Shown here piece after piece: positions 50,355-64,000 of a DNA stretch of 64,000 nt (its first letter is position 1; every line of letters starts with the position of its first letter). A program made the translations under genes and the position numbers. The DNA comes from Sphagnum compactum. Its lineage: Eukaryota. Location of the stretch: contig OZ234493.1 of assembly GCA_965153455.1 (NCBI GenBank), positions 19,892,213 through 19,956,212 on the forward strand. The letters are read 5' to 3'. The notes under the pieces were generated by a model. That model did no database searches. It was not told the origin of the DNA and saw nothing but the letters and a program-made list of their open reading frames with translations.

Positions 50355-52269
50355 CGATTCTCTTTCTCTCGCTTGATTTTATTTGATTTTGGTATTCTAG
50401 AAACTTGAAGCTCGCCGCCTAAACTAGGACTCAAATCCACAGCACTAAAAAGAAGAAGAAGAAGACCCTAAGAACCTCCCGATTCCACAAACTCAGACAT
50501 AATCAATAACAGAGCTCGCTCGCTCGTCTTCAATCAAGCTATTGAACCATACACAAAAAATTCCCCTCGAAAAAAGCTTAACCAGACGGACTCGTATTTC
50601 ATCTGCACATGCCAAACGCGGGCACCAAATCCAAAACCAAAGCTGAAGGGAAGGGGGGGAGGAAATGCAAACAAATGGCTGCAAAACACGACAACAAGAG
50701 GAGGGAAAAATCCAGACCCTCGAGGTCAAAACACCAACGTCAAGCTCACGACACCCGCATTTCCAGATTCTCGGCCGAGAACCTGAACCAAATATGACGG
50801 TGATGCGTATCGAGGAAAGAAGCAGCAGCAGCAGCGACTGTTGGCCATGATGCCGCAGCCAGCCAGCTAGCCACCCAACCTCTCTCTCTCTCTCGACTTT
50901 CGGGCATGCGTCGACACGAAAGTCGCGGGCTTGAGACTAGCAAACAAAACGCGGAATGACTTCCTTAACGAGTGATCGATCACAGTGCGCGAGCGAGGGA
51001 GCTGCTTCCACGATGATTCCTGGAGATGGAATGAATTTGGTTAACTATGGATGAAAATAGTCAGCAAATGACGACGAGAAACAAGTAGCGTTTTGCTACA
51101 GCGTTTGTTTAGCGGGTGCTCTTTGAATGCGCGTCGCTGTACAAGATTAATGTGGGCCGAAAGATACACAGGCAGACTGAGAAATGGAAGAAGCGCGTAA
51201 GGCGTGGGTGCGTGCGGGGGCGTCATCGATCAATCGACGGTGCAAGCAAGCAAGCAAGGAAGCAAAGCAAGAAGCAAACATCCCGCGCGCCGCTCATCTT
51301 CAGTCGCTTTCTCCAGTCCGCTCTTCTGTCCGCTCTTCGCTCTGCGTCACGACAACCACCGGTACCGCACTTGCCACCAACTGGTTGCGGGTTCGAACCA
51401 CCGCTATGTCATGCTTTCCAGTTTCCTTCCGGGCCACTAACTGTAACTTAACTGAACCTACCAGCTCCTAAAAACTCCCCAAAAAGTTGCTGAAAGAACT
51501 TAAAAATCCCCCCCCCCCTCTTTCTCCATTTCCCTTTTTTTCAAACATGGAGACCTTTACTTGAAGTGAATAAGAAGAAACGTTTAGAGAAGGAGGTTTT
51601 TTTTTTTTTTTCCCACATATGAGTCCATGATGTAAAAATTCTTTTTGAAACTAAAATAGTAGCGTTTTATTGCACCCCCCCCCAGCATAAAAATCTTTTT
51701 CATTTGTCCATGTGGGTTGAAAAGCTTTACTATTGCTAATGCCCTTCATAGGTGATCATGTTGGACTTATTGGTCAAGTTGAAAGACATTTGCTTATTGT
51801 TCAAACTTAGATGTTGTTAATGCCTAAACATTACTTCTTTGCATGTATATTGTAGGTTTTGATTAAAGCAATTTCCCTACATCTTCCCAAAGGGTTTGCA
51901 ATTTGCTTCTACATATGTCATATTTTTTATGTAATTTTTTATAGAAAATTTCTGCTCTTTATTTTTTTTTGTTAAAAAAGACTTGGAAAACCAAAAACAA
52001 ATTCAAATAAATGCTTTTTGTCAACAAATAATTGCCACTTTTGTGAAAGAAAAACTTGTAGGCAAAAAAATTATGTCAATTAGTGTCATTTACAATTCAC
52101 AAATGTTGTTAGAAAAAATCATTATATGATGAATAAACAAATATTCATGTGTGACTGTTGCACCCTTCACATTAACTTAAGTACCATCCCAACATTATAC
52201 TTGCTTTTCAAGTTTGGCTTGGGTTATTGGCCCAAGTGTGAACCCATTACCAAACTAATTTGTCTTTTC

Positions 52270-52640
52270 AAAAAACAGTTTTATTATAAAAAGAGTTGAA
52301 TTTCAAATGAAAAAAATACTCAAAATTCAATGTTTCTCACACGTTAGGTTTAAAATACAAAATTGACTTCACAAAATCCTACTCATTGAACACTTTTCAA
52401 AAATATCAAAAGCACACCCTAATTTTGCCAAAATGTTTTTATTTTATTTTACTCCATTTTCAATGACAAAACTATTCAATATTCAATCACTATTGCACCA
52501 TAGGTCTAAACATAATGGAACCAACTTGTTGCACCCCTATTCATCAAAGGCTTTCCATGAATGGTACCATAATGGGACCCATTATGTTTTGGGAGATCTT
52601 AACATAACAAACAACCAAACAAGCAAACAACCTTCCAAAG
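52270..52640 (+). repeat. Dispersed repeat family A, copy 3
   Basis: cctactcattgaacacttttc, gcacccctattcatcaaaggctttcc and gggagatcttaacataacaaac..caaccttcc. Confidence 0.65.
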
Positions 52641-53045
52641 GTGCAACAAGTATTGAATTTTGAATAATCTTTGTGTTTGGAAATTCAATAAGAATTCAAC
52701 AAGATCAAAATTAAATATTCTATAATTCTCACTTGGGCCAATGACACAAGTCATATGACTTATAATGAACCAAACATCAAAACATGGTGGCATGGAGAAA
52801 TAGACCAAAATGTAATGCTAGCATAACTTATCATAATTCTAATAGCGATCGCACAATTTTTATTATTCAAGTGGTTGATGCTAGGCATTTTTGCTCCTTG
52901 TTAGGCAAATTATAATCTTGCTTGAGTGTTTATTGTTTCATATTTCCCTAGATTTTGTTATTTGCAAATTCTTCTTGTGCAACAAATGTTGAATTCTTCC
53001 TCTTTCTAATATTTTAACAATCAACTTAGCTTTAGATCCTAGATT

Positions 53046-53245
53046 GAAATTTTTGTGTTCAACAACATCACCAGCATCCAAATCATATCTTGAAAATTTT
53101 TGTGCTCAATAATATCATCAACCCTTGATCAACTTGAAGAATTTTGTGTTCAACAATATCATTGCCCCCTAGATTGACTACAAGAGTTTTGTGTTCAACA
53201 ATATCATTAACCCCCCAAATCAACTTGAAGAAATTTGTTCAATAT
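53046..53245. repeat. Minisatellite, ~4.5 x ~45 bp
   Basis: gaa..ttttgtgttcaacaatatcat..ccc...atcaactt repeated. Confidence 0.85.
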
Positions 53246-56200
53246 TAGCCTTGAGTCCAGTCTAGATCAAGCTTTGAGCCACTTGAAAAGTTTTTGTTAT
53301 TGTATTTTGAACTAGGCTTTGATTGATTATCAAGATGGACCATTGGTTGTAGGAATAAGGGGTTGGGTGATGGGAGAGGAGGTTCAATTTCTACATTCAG
53401 TGCTTCCAATTATTGTGTACACATGTCATGTAGTATCAAGTGGCCTTCTGAATCCACCTCCATTCGTGTACACTACGATTCCTTTCTTTAATGATTTATG
53501 TTAGTTTTACATTTTTAAGCAATTTGTTGCAAATGTTAGGTGCTCGTATTTTTCAAGTGTGTGTTATGCTTTGATGTTAAGTCATTCTTGTTGATCTTGA
53601 GAATATTTGTGGCTTTCATCAAGCCAAAGGAGGAAGACAAGAATGCCATTTTTTATAATCCTCAAAGTAAACAAGGTTATTGGGTAAATTGGGTCATTTT
53701 GAGATTAATCAATTATATTGTTGGATATTGTTCCAAATTTGATTCAATTTTTTTTCTAAAATGTAATAGATTTCTTCCATGTCTTCAAGGTAAAATAAGA
53801 CATTGGCTTGGAGTAAAGGGTTATTTCTTGAATGAACCATAGATTTTCATGGCAACCTAATGAAGGAAAGAACATAAAAGTGGGTTAAAAAATATTTTGC
53901 AATACTTGGATTTGCTCATACCATTTGTTTGGAATATTTTTAAATTAGTTGGGAATGTTAGGAGTTTGGAAACAAGTACATGAGAGTATGGAAAGTCTAA
54001 CAACAAAGCTGTTGGTATAGTCTTCTATTTAGGGAATCGATTGTATTTTCATTCTTTGGACATGTGAGAAAGCTTTGGAAGTTGCATACCATTGGGGGTC
54101 TTTTGGGGGTTTTTTTTTTAAGGTTGGGTGGTTGGTCTTCATTCCATTTCAAGGCTTTGGATTTCTTATTTCTCTCAGTCATTGAAAGTTTCCTAATTTT
54201 GATCCTCATTCAAAGAGAGATTGTGCTTGTTAGATAAGTTTGTTGCATTTTTTTTCCCTACTTTCTTATTTCTTGATTTATTGGTGTTTCTGTTTCTTTG
54301 ACATTTTCTTGATTCCCATTGCTTTCATGTGTTTACTTATTGAATGTTGGGTTGAAGTAGCACAACTTGCTCTCATTTCCAATAAGAAATATATGCATCA
54401 ATTGATAATATGTTTACTAATAATTTACACCAAATTGACTTAGTTTTTAAATTGATTTTTGGTTTTGCCATGATAAGTCCTTGATTGAAAAGCTCCCCTT
54501 GGGATCACCATTATTTTAAGGTTTATTTTGTAATTTCTTGATATTTATTCCTTGGGGTGGTAAGGTGAGGAATGAAATGAAACCAAACAAAAAAACTTTT
54601 TCAACGAATCTTGCAGCTTGTTCCTTTGATCATTCGTGCAGAGAGCCGATAAAGATGGAACTAGAATAACAAAGAAATTAAAGCACAAAAGAAGAAGAAG
54701 AGATCCTAATCTGGATGTAGATCAGTGCGTAGATGTTCGGCAGGTACTCAGTAGGCGTGAGTGAGATTGGAAGCTTAGGCTTACAAAAGTTTGCAATAGT
54801 AATCGCTGTGGGTTTTTTTGGTGTCCCTTCTCCCTCACTTACGCTGCTGCTAGTTATGGTTGTTGTTCATGTTGTAGCTGCAATACAAGAGTATAAAAAG
54901 AAAAAGAAGTAACAGCAACTCAAGAACACAAAAAACCAGCAAACAAAAAAAACCCAAGAAACTCAAAGCCAAGAAAAATTTGCTGCTTTCAACATTAAGT
55001 GACAGAGAGCAATTTTTCTATAATTAAGTTGAAAAGAAGGAAAGAAAACGTAGTGTATGTAAACGGTGGCTGTGTAATAGTCGCCGTGAGCATCTAGAAA
55101 TCTAGTCTAACTATGGAGGAAACTTTCCCTGACAAAGGAATTTTTAAAAAACTAACAAAAGAAGGGAAAAGCTTGGCCTTTTATACAGCCGTCAACAAGC
55201 TAAAACCCTACACAAGCCATAACCCTAAAACACCTAATAGCACACATTAACCTAAGAACGTACATTAACCCTAAAGGCATGATTGGCATGCTCGTAATCG
55301 GCCATCATGTATGAGGCCATGCATACGGGCATGACATCCATTTGAACATGTTCATCTTAAAACTACCCCTTTTGGGCCCATGTTTACAATTATCCACATG
55401 TAAGTCCAATCATTGTGCCTCTTCACACAAAATTCTTGCAACTTCGATCGAAATAACATCATACAACAAAACTCCTGCAATATAAGACAAATTTCTCTCT
55501 CCACCAATGTAGTTGAAGACTTTACATTTTGAAATCGTATTGATTCTTCTTAAAGATCATAGTTTTGGATATAATGACAGTTCAATTTCTTTTCTTTGAA
55601 AACATCCAAATAGTTAAGCTTGAGTGGTAAACACCCCCTCCATGTGTCAAAATAATGTTTCTCCCCACCACATCGGAACCCTACATGCAAACATATGCAA
55701 ATTTTAATCACATGTACTTTCAAACAAATTTGATTTGTTCTTTCAATTAACATAAAAAACAAATATTCCAATACTCACATGCATTTTGAAAAAGTGGTTG
55801 CAAAAGTTGTGTCTATAAATTTTGAACATGTTTCAAACCAACAACATGTATCATGATGTCCTCGAAACAATCATGAAGTGTCACATCACAAATGGTGCAC
55901 ACCATGCAATGACCCCTCCCACCCCACTCTATTTCCCATTGAAAAACATTAGAACCTTCAAATAATGATAAAAATCCAACATGAAGTCAACAAGTGTTAA
56001 ACATAGATTACCTATGTGGAAGTGTTTGAACATATGCATGTTTTTTTGCAATGTGGCAAATCGAAGATGACTAGTGTTGCTGTTATGTTCTTCAAAATGT
56101 TTTTTGTTCATGGAAAGATGTTTCCCACAACACATACAATAGTAGTTAGATGCATTTGATGAATCCACAACCATTTCACATTCATCAATAAACATAGATA

Positions 56201-57703
56201 ACTTTTGTTTTTTCTATCATCACACCATCCAAAAAATCATGATCAAATTCATGTAGATGATCAATTTTAGGAATAAAAAGTGTCAATCATTGTAAATGCA
56301 CAAAGAAATTTTAGAATTGAAATCATAATACTATGGATTACCTTGCTAGACTCAAGTTGTTGATTAGAATAATTATGGAATCCTCCCAATTTTGTGACAT
56401 TTTCCCTTGCTTGTTACAAATGAATTAATGGAATTTGTTTTTATGAAAATTGCAAAAACCTTATCATATTATAACCAAATCTCAACAAAACATTAAAAAA
56501 ATTCATTAGTGTATAAAATCTCTCAAGGTACCTTCTAATACACAAAGGCTCGACCACACAACGTATCAAGAAGCGAACTCCAACTTTTGGTGAATAATTT
56601 AATGTGCCTTTTTTCCTTGTTTTGATTCAAAATCATGACCTACACATTTTGAAGAAGTGAGTCATTGCATATTTCACCAAATTTTATGTATGGAATTGAT
56701 AATTATATCCACAACTTCCACTCATAAATTAATTCGAACTTACCACACTTTTTCCTCCACAACAAACATAACATCCATGTTTGTCACACGAGCATGATCA
56801 ACTTCACTGATATGTAACATCCCAATGTCTTCCCCTATATCAATGAACGTTTCAAAGGATTTCACATATCATAATTTCCATACCACTTTGTTGCCCACAA
56901 CCATATATCCACACCAAGAAAATTATCATGAATATTAAATCATTCCCCCGATGTCAGTTAATGACCTATTTCAACACTCATGAATCCCATCACAATTTCA
57001 ACCAAAATGTTGTTATGAAATTAACAAGTTCATTGTAATGGAACCGATTTTCAAAAGAAACCCATGTGTGAAGACTTAGATCAAAATGAAAAATGATGAG
57101 AAAGAAGGTGATGCAAATATTTGAACAAGTAAAGCTTAGCCCATTCATGTGTCCAACCAAAGATTTGCATTTGATCATAGAACTGCCAAGTTCAATATTT
57201 TGAAATGAAGCAAATTAATACGTTAAATAAGGCTTAAAGAACACATGGGACACATCAAATGCAAACAAATCCTCTAACTGATTTGGAATATGTGAAAAAA
57301 TGGCCATTGCTATAGCTTCAACTAAAGCGAAGAAGAATTTTTTAAAAAAGAATTCTTTTTTTTCTTCTGCACACCATCACTGCAGAGTTCGCGGACGCGG
57401 ATCGTTTTGCAGCGTCGCCGTAGTCGTCGGAATGGAAGTTGCAGGTACCGTTCGTTTTGTTCTGTTTTGTTTCGTTCAACGTTTGTTGTAATTCTGTCCG
57501 ACTTTCGTCGTTATTTCGTTCGACTTTCGTCGACGTTGTCCGTCAATGTCTATCCATCCGACCCCTTCCGTCCACAGACGTCCGTCCATCGACGTCTATC
57601 CGTCGTTGTTCATCCCCTGTCCTCGGATGATGAAAGCACTACCACTTAGCCAAAGCCAAGGTATCAACTACGAAGTACCACACAATCATTTGAATCGATT
57701 TAT

Positions 57704-58162
57704 TTGAGCTCACGATCTTCACGACGGTACCATCAAGCATCTACAACACCACCATCATCTAGTACAACTCCTACCAGGAATTCAAGTTTAGGTTACACTA
57801 CATCAACGGTACATCAGAGTTCATTTGGAGGGGTTAATCAGTGGGGTACACCTACTACCGCACCAGCTTTCACACCATCAATGTATATTCCGCTGCAAGC
57901 CGTGACCTCTACACCCATATACACTAGGGAGGTCAGCAATTCTTCTGGGAGAATTGAAAAGTTCAACAAAAGGCCAAGTACCATTTCTTTGAGGGAATTC
58001 AAAGCAACTTTCTCAACTGTGGTTTGTGAATTGGAGCTCAAGTATGGCGTTAATTACATCGAGGTGTTCGCATTCAAACAACTGGCCCAGTATGTGCACT
58101 ATGAGGCATTGGATGTCTATGAACAACATTTTCTGAAGATTTTGGGCGTCACCCAAATTCCC
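57704..58162 (+). mobile_element. Putative retrotransposon gag-like N-terminal fragment, truncated; preceded by a CpG-rich leader (57380-57650)
   Basis: Ser/Thr-rich start then GRIEKFNKRPSTISLREFKATF...FKQLAQYVHYEALDVYEQ, a gag-capsid-like 'KF.G....L.EF...F' pattern. Composition switches abruptly to AT-rich after ~58160. The family assignment is inference. Confidence 0.4.
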
Positions 58163-61100
58163 ATGGTTCATGGGAATCCCTTTAGCCATGGTTCATCTGT
58201 TGTTGGATTAACAACATTAGTTATTCAGGACTCTAGTTCAATGAGTCATTCGTCCTCCTTTATGAATTTTATATTTGCATCATTTTCATAATTTCTAGAT
58301 GACTAAGATAAATAGGATAATAACACCATCTTGTAATTTTTTCATCAATAGTTGGGTTCTATGAATTGGGATCATAAAGGCCATGTTGTGGAAATTCACA
58401 AGTGTCTCACTTGTTCATGAATGTAACAAATGTTCCAAGTATTTATTACTTGAGCTTTGAACTTTCTGATGTTTGAAGGTCTTTTGGATAAATGGATGTG
58501 ATCTACAAATAAATCACAAATTGAACTGATATTGATTCAATAGGCTAGTCCTTTCAAATTTAAACATTTGGCATATGTTGTCGGCTTATTCTAGATAATA
58601 CTTTGATTTGATTAAGTTGAATGATCATCAGGCTAAGTTGACATAATGAATTTGCATAACTATTGAATATTTTATGTAACCTAAGAACGCTACAATTTGA
58701 AACCCTTGTGACTATTACAAATTCCAAAACTTTAAACATACTTTGTAGGTACCCAACATTAGCAATTGTGATCATTTGTTTTTAGGTAGCAACTAAAATT
58801 CTCCCATTTTACATTAGTGAGTTTTTGTGAATAGGAGTCCTATCACTCACCTCCAAAGAAAATTTCATTGGTGGGAAGGTTTCATTGGTGTAAAGTGGTT
58901 ATCCATGAAACAATGGAGCAATAGACAATCTGTTTATGCCATCATGACATGTTTATACACCCTTGGATGAGAATGCATCAAAAACTGCCATTGATTATAC
59001 AAAATCCATGTTGGGAAAGGTTGGCACTCTAGAATGAAAGGAGCAAAATGGGGATAGACGTCATTTGTGATGTCTCCACAATTGATAAAACTATTGTCAC
59101 CACCAAGGAAGATGTCTCCAAAACTAATGAAAATAGTGACATTAGTAAGGAAGGAAGCTCAAATGGAGCAGAAACGACCTCAACATTGGTCAACTAAATG
59201 AGGAGGTTAGAAGGCTCTAAATCGCAAAGTTGCAAACATGTATACTGGAAATGGGCTTGGTACAAGTTGTCAAAGAACAGTAAGTTCACTCTTTGTCGAT
59301 CCCCTACCAATAGTTGCATTCATAGATGTAAAAATATTGGTTGGAGAGTATGCCTGAAAAATATATCGTCCTTAGGTCAAATTCCAAACCTATAGTAGAA
59401 CAATGTAGAAATGCATAACCTTAAACATTTCCCAACTCTTCTTTTAGGGTTTTGGGCTTTATCATTATCATAGTTACTTTCTATTGTTGTGATCCTTTTC
59501 CTCTAGACTATCAATCTCTTTATTGATGGTTAAACCCAATGTTTGTATGAACTTTATATTTCCACATTCGCTTACATGTGATAATGCCTTCTTTTGCGAT
59601 AGCTCAACTTTATTAAAACCTCAAAACCTAGTTGTACCAAAGCAAACACATTAAATCAAACTTTTTATTTGCATTGTAGATGCGCATATGGCATTGTAAA
59701 CAAGGTTTAGTTTCTAAAACAATCTAAGGTTACATCCATAAGCTATTGTGGTGCTAATCAAATGATTGTGATGTTCGTAATTGATATCGTAGTGCCAACA
59801 TCATTTCCAAGGATCATCAAATAAAGAAAGTGCTAGAGATTGATCTTTTCAACACCCCACGAAGATCACGAAGGCAAACTACAATATAGACAAGGTAATG
59901 ACTAGCAAAAGTCATTGCAATGCAAGATAACAACAAAGATAATGTTTGAAAAAGGGAGGAAAGGAATGAGGAGATGATTCATGAAAGAGAGGAACGAGAT
60001 GAGGGAGGGGATTAGGAGCCGAAAGTTGAAGTTGTCAAGGCCTTCAATGACAAGCAAGAATGTGTCACGCTTTGGGGCTCCACATTTGTGCATTCTCGAG
60101 GACCTCCTAGACCAAATAGATAGCAAGAACCCTATGAACATGTCTTAGTAAACTCAATACGTAGGTGATGAGATGTTACAAGGGTGCCTATGTTGTGTAA
60201 TTTCTTTGAAGTATTAAGAGAGTCTATCTAATGTACATAATTATTTTGTACTTTGCATTATTTATACATGATGCCATTAGCCTTGATACTACAATAAACA
60301 TTAAATGAATAAGAACAAACAAAGTTTTTAAAAATGCACACCTTTGGTTGTAGAAGTTGAAATGTAGTCAAAGATTGTTATATTAGGCCTAGTATAATTC
60401 ATGTTGCTATGAAGGGACCCTTTGCAATTGGCTAGTTATGAACATTTAAAAGTAAAACTCCTAGTATTTTTGCAAGTTCACCTCCATTTGTCTGAAATGT
60501 AGTCATAGGGTTGGGGTTCATTCTCGTAATTTTCACTTCAATGTAATTTGGGCATTAAATTCGCCAAAGATATTGGAATTAAACTACTCGTGATTAGTTG
60601 GTTAATTAATCAATTCCATTGCTTAGGCCATGAGATGTATGGTTTCCAATATACTGGTTGCACTAAAGGCAACTAAATGTTGTTACACCTTGAGATGTTG
60701 GGTTCTTGGATTTCTTAGGGTATGGCTATTTGTTCATGTGATGGGCAAAATGTCAGTGCGTAGGACATTTATCTTTGTGAGAATGTGGGGATGCATTATA
60801 TGTGGTGGTGGGAGATTGATGGGAGAGCACATGTAAATGTGATCACAAAATAGGGTTAACAATTGGGACTAGTTCAAGGTTGGACCCAAACCGACATTGT
60901 ATAACAAAGATCATAAATGCTAATTTATAAAGAGATTTTGTTATATAGATCAAGTGTGGCTAATGATGGTATATTTTGGTGTGTGTAGGGAAAGGCATAG
61001 AAGGTTAGGAAGCAACATCAACCAAATTTTGGTCATCATCCAAAATTACCTACCATCCATCCACTAAAGGAAAAGTATAAAATTTCAACCAAACTTTGTG

Positions 61101-61399
61101 ACTATAAATTAGTCATACCCCACATATAGTATAATATGTGGCCTTATTGATTGGGCCACTTGCCAATTTGGCTACATTGGGTGGTCTTATTGACTATATC
61201 ATTATCAACCATTTATTACTAGAGGCCAAAGGCTTGAATGACAATGGATATCTTTTGACTAATCAATTTGACTTAAATGACCGATTTGACAATTAATCAA
61301 ATTGGACATCTAATCAAATTGGACTTAAAAATACCACCTAGTCAAATTAACCATTAATAACCACACTTAATCATATCACATCATTCATATCTTGCCCTG

Positions 61400-62480
61400 A
61401 AACAAGGAGATGTTACCTTCAACCAAGAAAAGTTCATCCATTTAAAACAAAAACAATCATGTTTTATGTCAATACAAAGAAAATATCCGATAGACAAAAA
61501 GTTCCTTGAACAAATACAAAGCAACTTTCAACATGATTTTTTTGCAAATAACTTGACACAATGCTTATGTCACAAAAATGATGATGATGACATTATTATG
61601 ACTTTGAAGAATCTAAAGGCTTAATTTATTGTAAGGTAATTTTTTTATGTTCCAACAAGGCCAACACAACTACACGTCCTCTACACACATCATGACCTTC
61701 CATCTACAAGACATGTTGGAATAAAAAAAACCATCAAACTTATTTCACAGGATTTTTGGTGGCCACAAATGTGGAAGTTTGTGAAAGAATTCATCCACAC
61801 TTGCAATATGTGTGCATGAGCAAGAGCACAACACCATCATCCATATGGTTTATTGCAACCACTCCCAATTCTTAAAAGTCCATGGCCATTTATTTCTATG
61901 GATTGCATTATAGATCTCCCATGTTCCAAGTCCTTTAACTCTATTCTTGTTCTAGTTGATCTATTCACAAATATGACATATTTTATTCCAATCACCGAAA
62001 CAGTGACCAATGAACGTATCCTAAAACTTTTCTTCAATATATAAGTGCGATGGCTTGCCATTAAACATTGTTTCAGATCATGGATTTCGGTTCATATCGA
62101 CATTTTGCAAGAGATTATTCAAGCTTTTAAGGGTCCAAATTAATTTTTCTTAAACTAATCATCTTTAAGCAAATGGACAAACTAAAAAGGTGAATCAAAT
62201 ATTGGAACAATACCTTTGATGTATGATCAATTACCACCAAGATGATTGGGTCGACCTTTTGCCCTTGTCTAATTTTGCAAATAACAATACATATCATTCA
62301 TCATTGGGTCACATTCCATTTTTTTGCAAATGATGGCCAACACCCTTGGTTCAATATTTTGGCAATGGGTAGGATGAATAATTTGGCTATCGAATAATTT
62401 TTTAAAAGGCTGATTAACATTTGAAGCAAATTGATTTTACAATTGCAAATGGTTCAAGAATGATACAAAGAATAAGGGTG
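61400..62480 (+). mobile_element. Ty3/gypsy (Tf2/chromovirus-like) integrase relic
   Basis: HHCC domain (HHDLPSTRHVGIKKTIKLISQDFWWPQMWKFVKEFIHTCNMC), PYGLLQPLPI..PWPFISMDCIIDLP...SILVLVDLFT, IVSDHG.RF, ANGQTKKVNQILEQYL and QDDWVDLLP. Frameshifted, with stops. Confidence 0.9.
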
Positions 62481-64000
62481 AATGCAAGTTATGGTGGCTC
62501 ACTTTTGGAGTCACGGTAGTAAATTTTGCAAGGTGTTTTGTTTAAATGCTTACGGTGAATAATTTAATTTTAAATAAATTAAATGATGACCCATTCTACA
62601 CTAACAACTTGATTATGAAGACACTCGGACAATTTCTTTTGAAAATAATGCATTCATTATTTATAACGGACTTTGAAGTTCAAAAATATGGTCTGGTCAA
62701 TTCAAGAATGGGTTTTGACCTAATTTTAAGAAGTTTCATAAGTGAGTGAAATTTTAGTAATCAAAGATTACACTAATGAAACCTTAGAATATAAAATCAT
62801 TTCCATATGGATTATATATAAAAACTTGTTAAGTATTCTTATGAGAGTTGTATTTGCAAAAAATGAACCACTAGATTGTGCATACACCCACAAACCAACC
62901 ATCATCATAATTAACATCCAAATTATAAAATTAGAAATCAAGTCTACATATTTTGTCAAGACTTATGGTCCACAAGGCCTTCAAAGAAATTGGAAAACTT
63001 ACAACTTAGACCATTTCATATTATTGGCCAATTAAATTTAATTACATATTGATTACAACTTCCAAGATCAATTAAAATCCATCCAATATTCCATGTTTCA
63101 ATTCTTGAACCTTTTCATAAATTAAAAATTCCTAGGTGACATATTTGACCACCTCCAACAATAAAAATGGACGACCTAAACAAAAATTTAAAATCAAAGA
63201 GATTTTAGATTCATAAGTTTTTTGTGAATGTTTGGAATACCTAGTCCATTGGCATGGATATGATGTTAATGAATGTACATGAAGACTTGCTTGTAACCTA
63301 ATTAATGCACCCCAAAAGGTTTGAACAATATCCATCTAGGGTGAAAATCCTTTAAGGTGTACCACATAGGACAAAGAGGGCCTAGTCCTTTCTATAGTCT
63401 TTTTTTACCTTACATATTAATCCCCATAAAAAATAATGAATCGAAAGTTGTCAAATATTTCAAAAGGACTATATTTTAGACCAGTACAATTTTAGATTCC
63501 ATCATAATCATCCATAAATGTGGTTTTACATGGTAAAAAAAGATTAGGTAAAAAAACATAAAAAGGTGACATTGTGACAAGATTTTTGTACACCTTAAAA
63601 AATTTAGACCCTTTAAACCATTTGGTAATGAACAATAATTATATATTTTTGACTTAAACAAGGCATAATGTAAGTTAGTCATGAAATGAACTAAAAGTAC
63701 AAAGGTTATAACTTACATTGGCAAGATTGAGGGGTGGTGCATATTGACTTTTTTTTAATGTTATCCAATAGAACTTTTTAGAAAATCGTCAACCTTTTGG
63801 AAAATTTTGCCAATTAAACTTTTCATCAATTTATACTAAATAACCTTTTAAAAACTTGTGCCACTTACATTTTTTATAAGCTTTCATCAACCATGTCTTT
63901 TAGAAGCTTTTGTGGATTCTATCAACTTCTTCTATAAGTTTCTATTAGTTCTACGTCTTTAAAAAACTTCTAAGCCTATTTTTCATGAATCTTTATGGAA

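Noticed and set aside
51380..51405. tRNA T-arm/B-box-like GCGGGTTCGAACC upstream of the CDPK
   Set aside because: No acceptor stem, D arm or anticodon arm could be built.

Overview
Eukaryotic nuclear DNA from a land plant. The AT-rich repeat landscape, intron style and gene content suggest a bryophyte, possibly Sphagnum; this is inference. Three intact protein-coding genes are supported: (1) a 3-exon + strand gene (319-2991, ~586 aa) with a BASL-family C-terminal motif (SFAFP..EWNSSPVRM, Cys-rich tail); (2) a convergent 4-exon - strand TRICHOME BIREFRINGENCE-LIKE O-acetyltransferase (8358-5429, ~522 aa, YLS7/TBL17-18-like); (3) a calcium-dependent protein kinase with a completely intronless CDS (50354-48777). 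About 40 kb between TBL and CDPK, and the last 13 kb, are gene-poor and filled with decayed transposons (hAT/DUF659, PIF/Harbinger, Ty3/gypsy integrase, gag-like), small non-autonomous elements with visible termini (CACTA, hAT-type, Tourist-like), a tRNA-derived SINE-like element, a spliced zinc-finger-like pseudogene and minisatellites. The most notable observations are two tandem ~160-nt hairpins in intron 1 of the BASL-like gene (the first G:U-biased), the retrogene-like CDPK, and a perfect 26-bp palindrome inside a heavily decayed hAT relic. I cannot claim a novel multi-gene system from this sequence alone.
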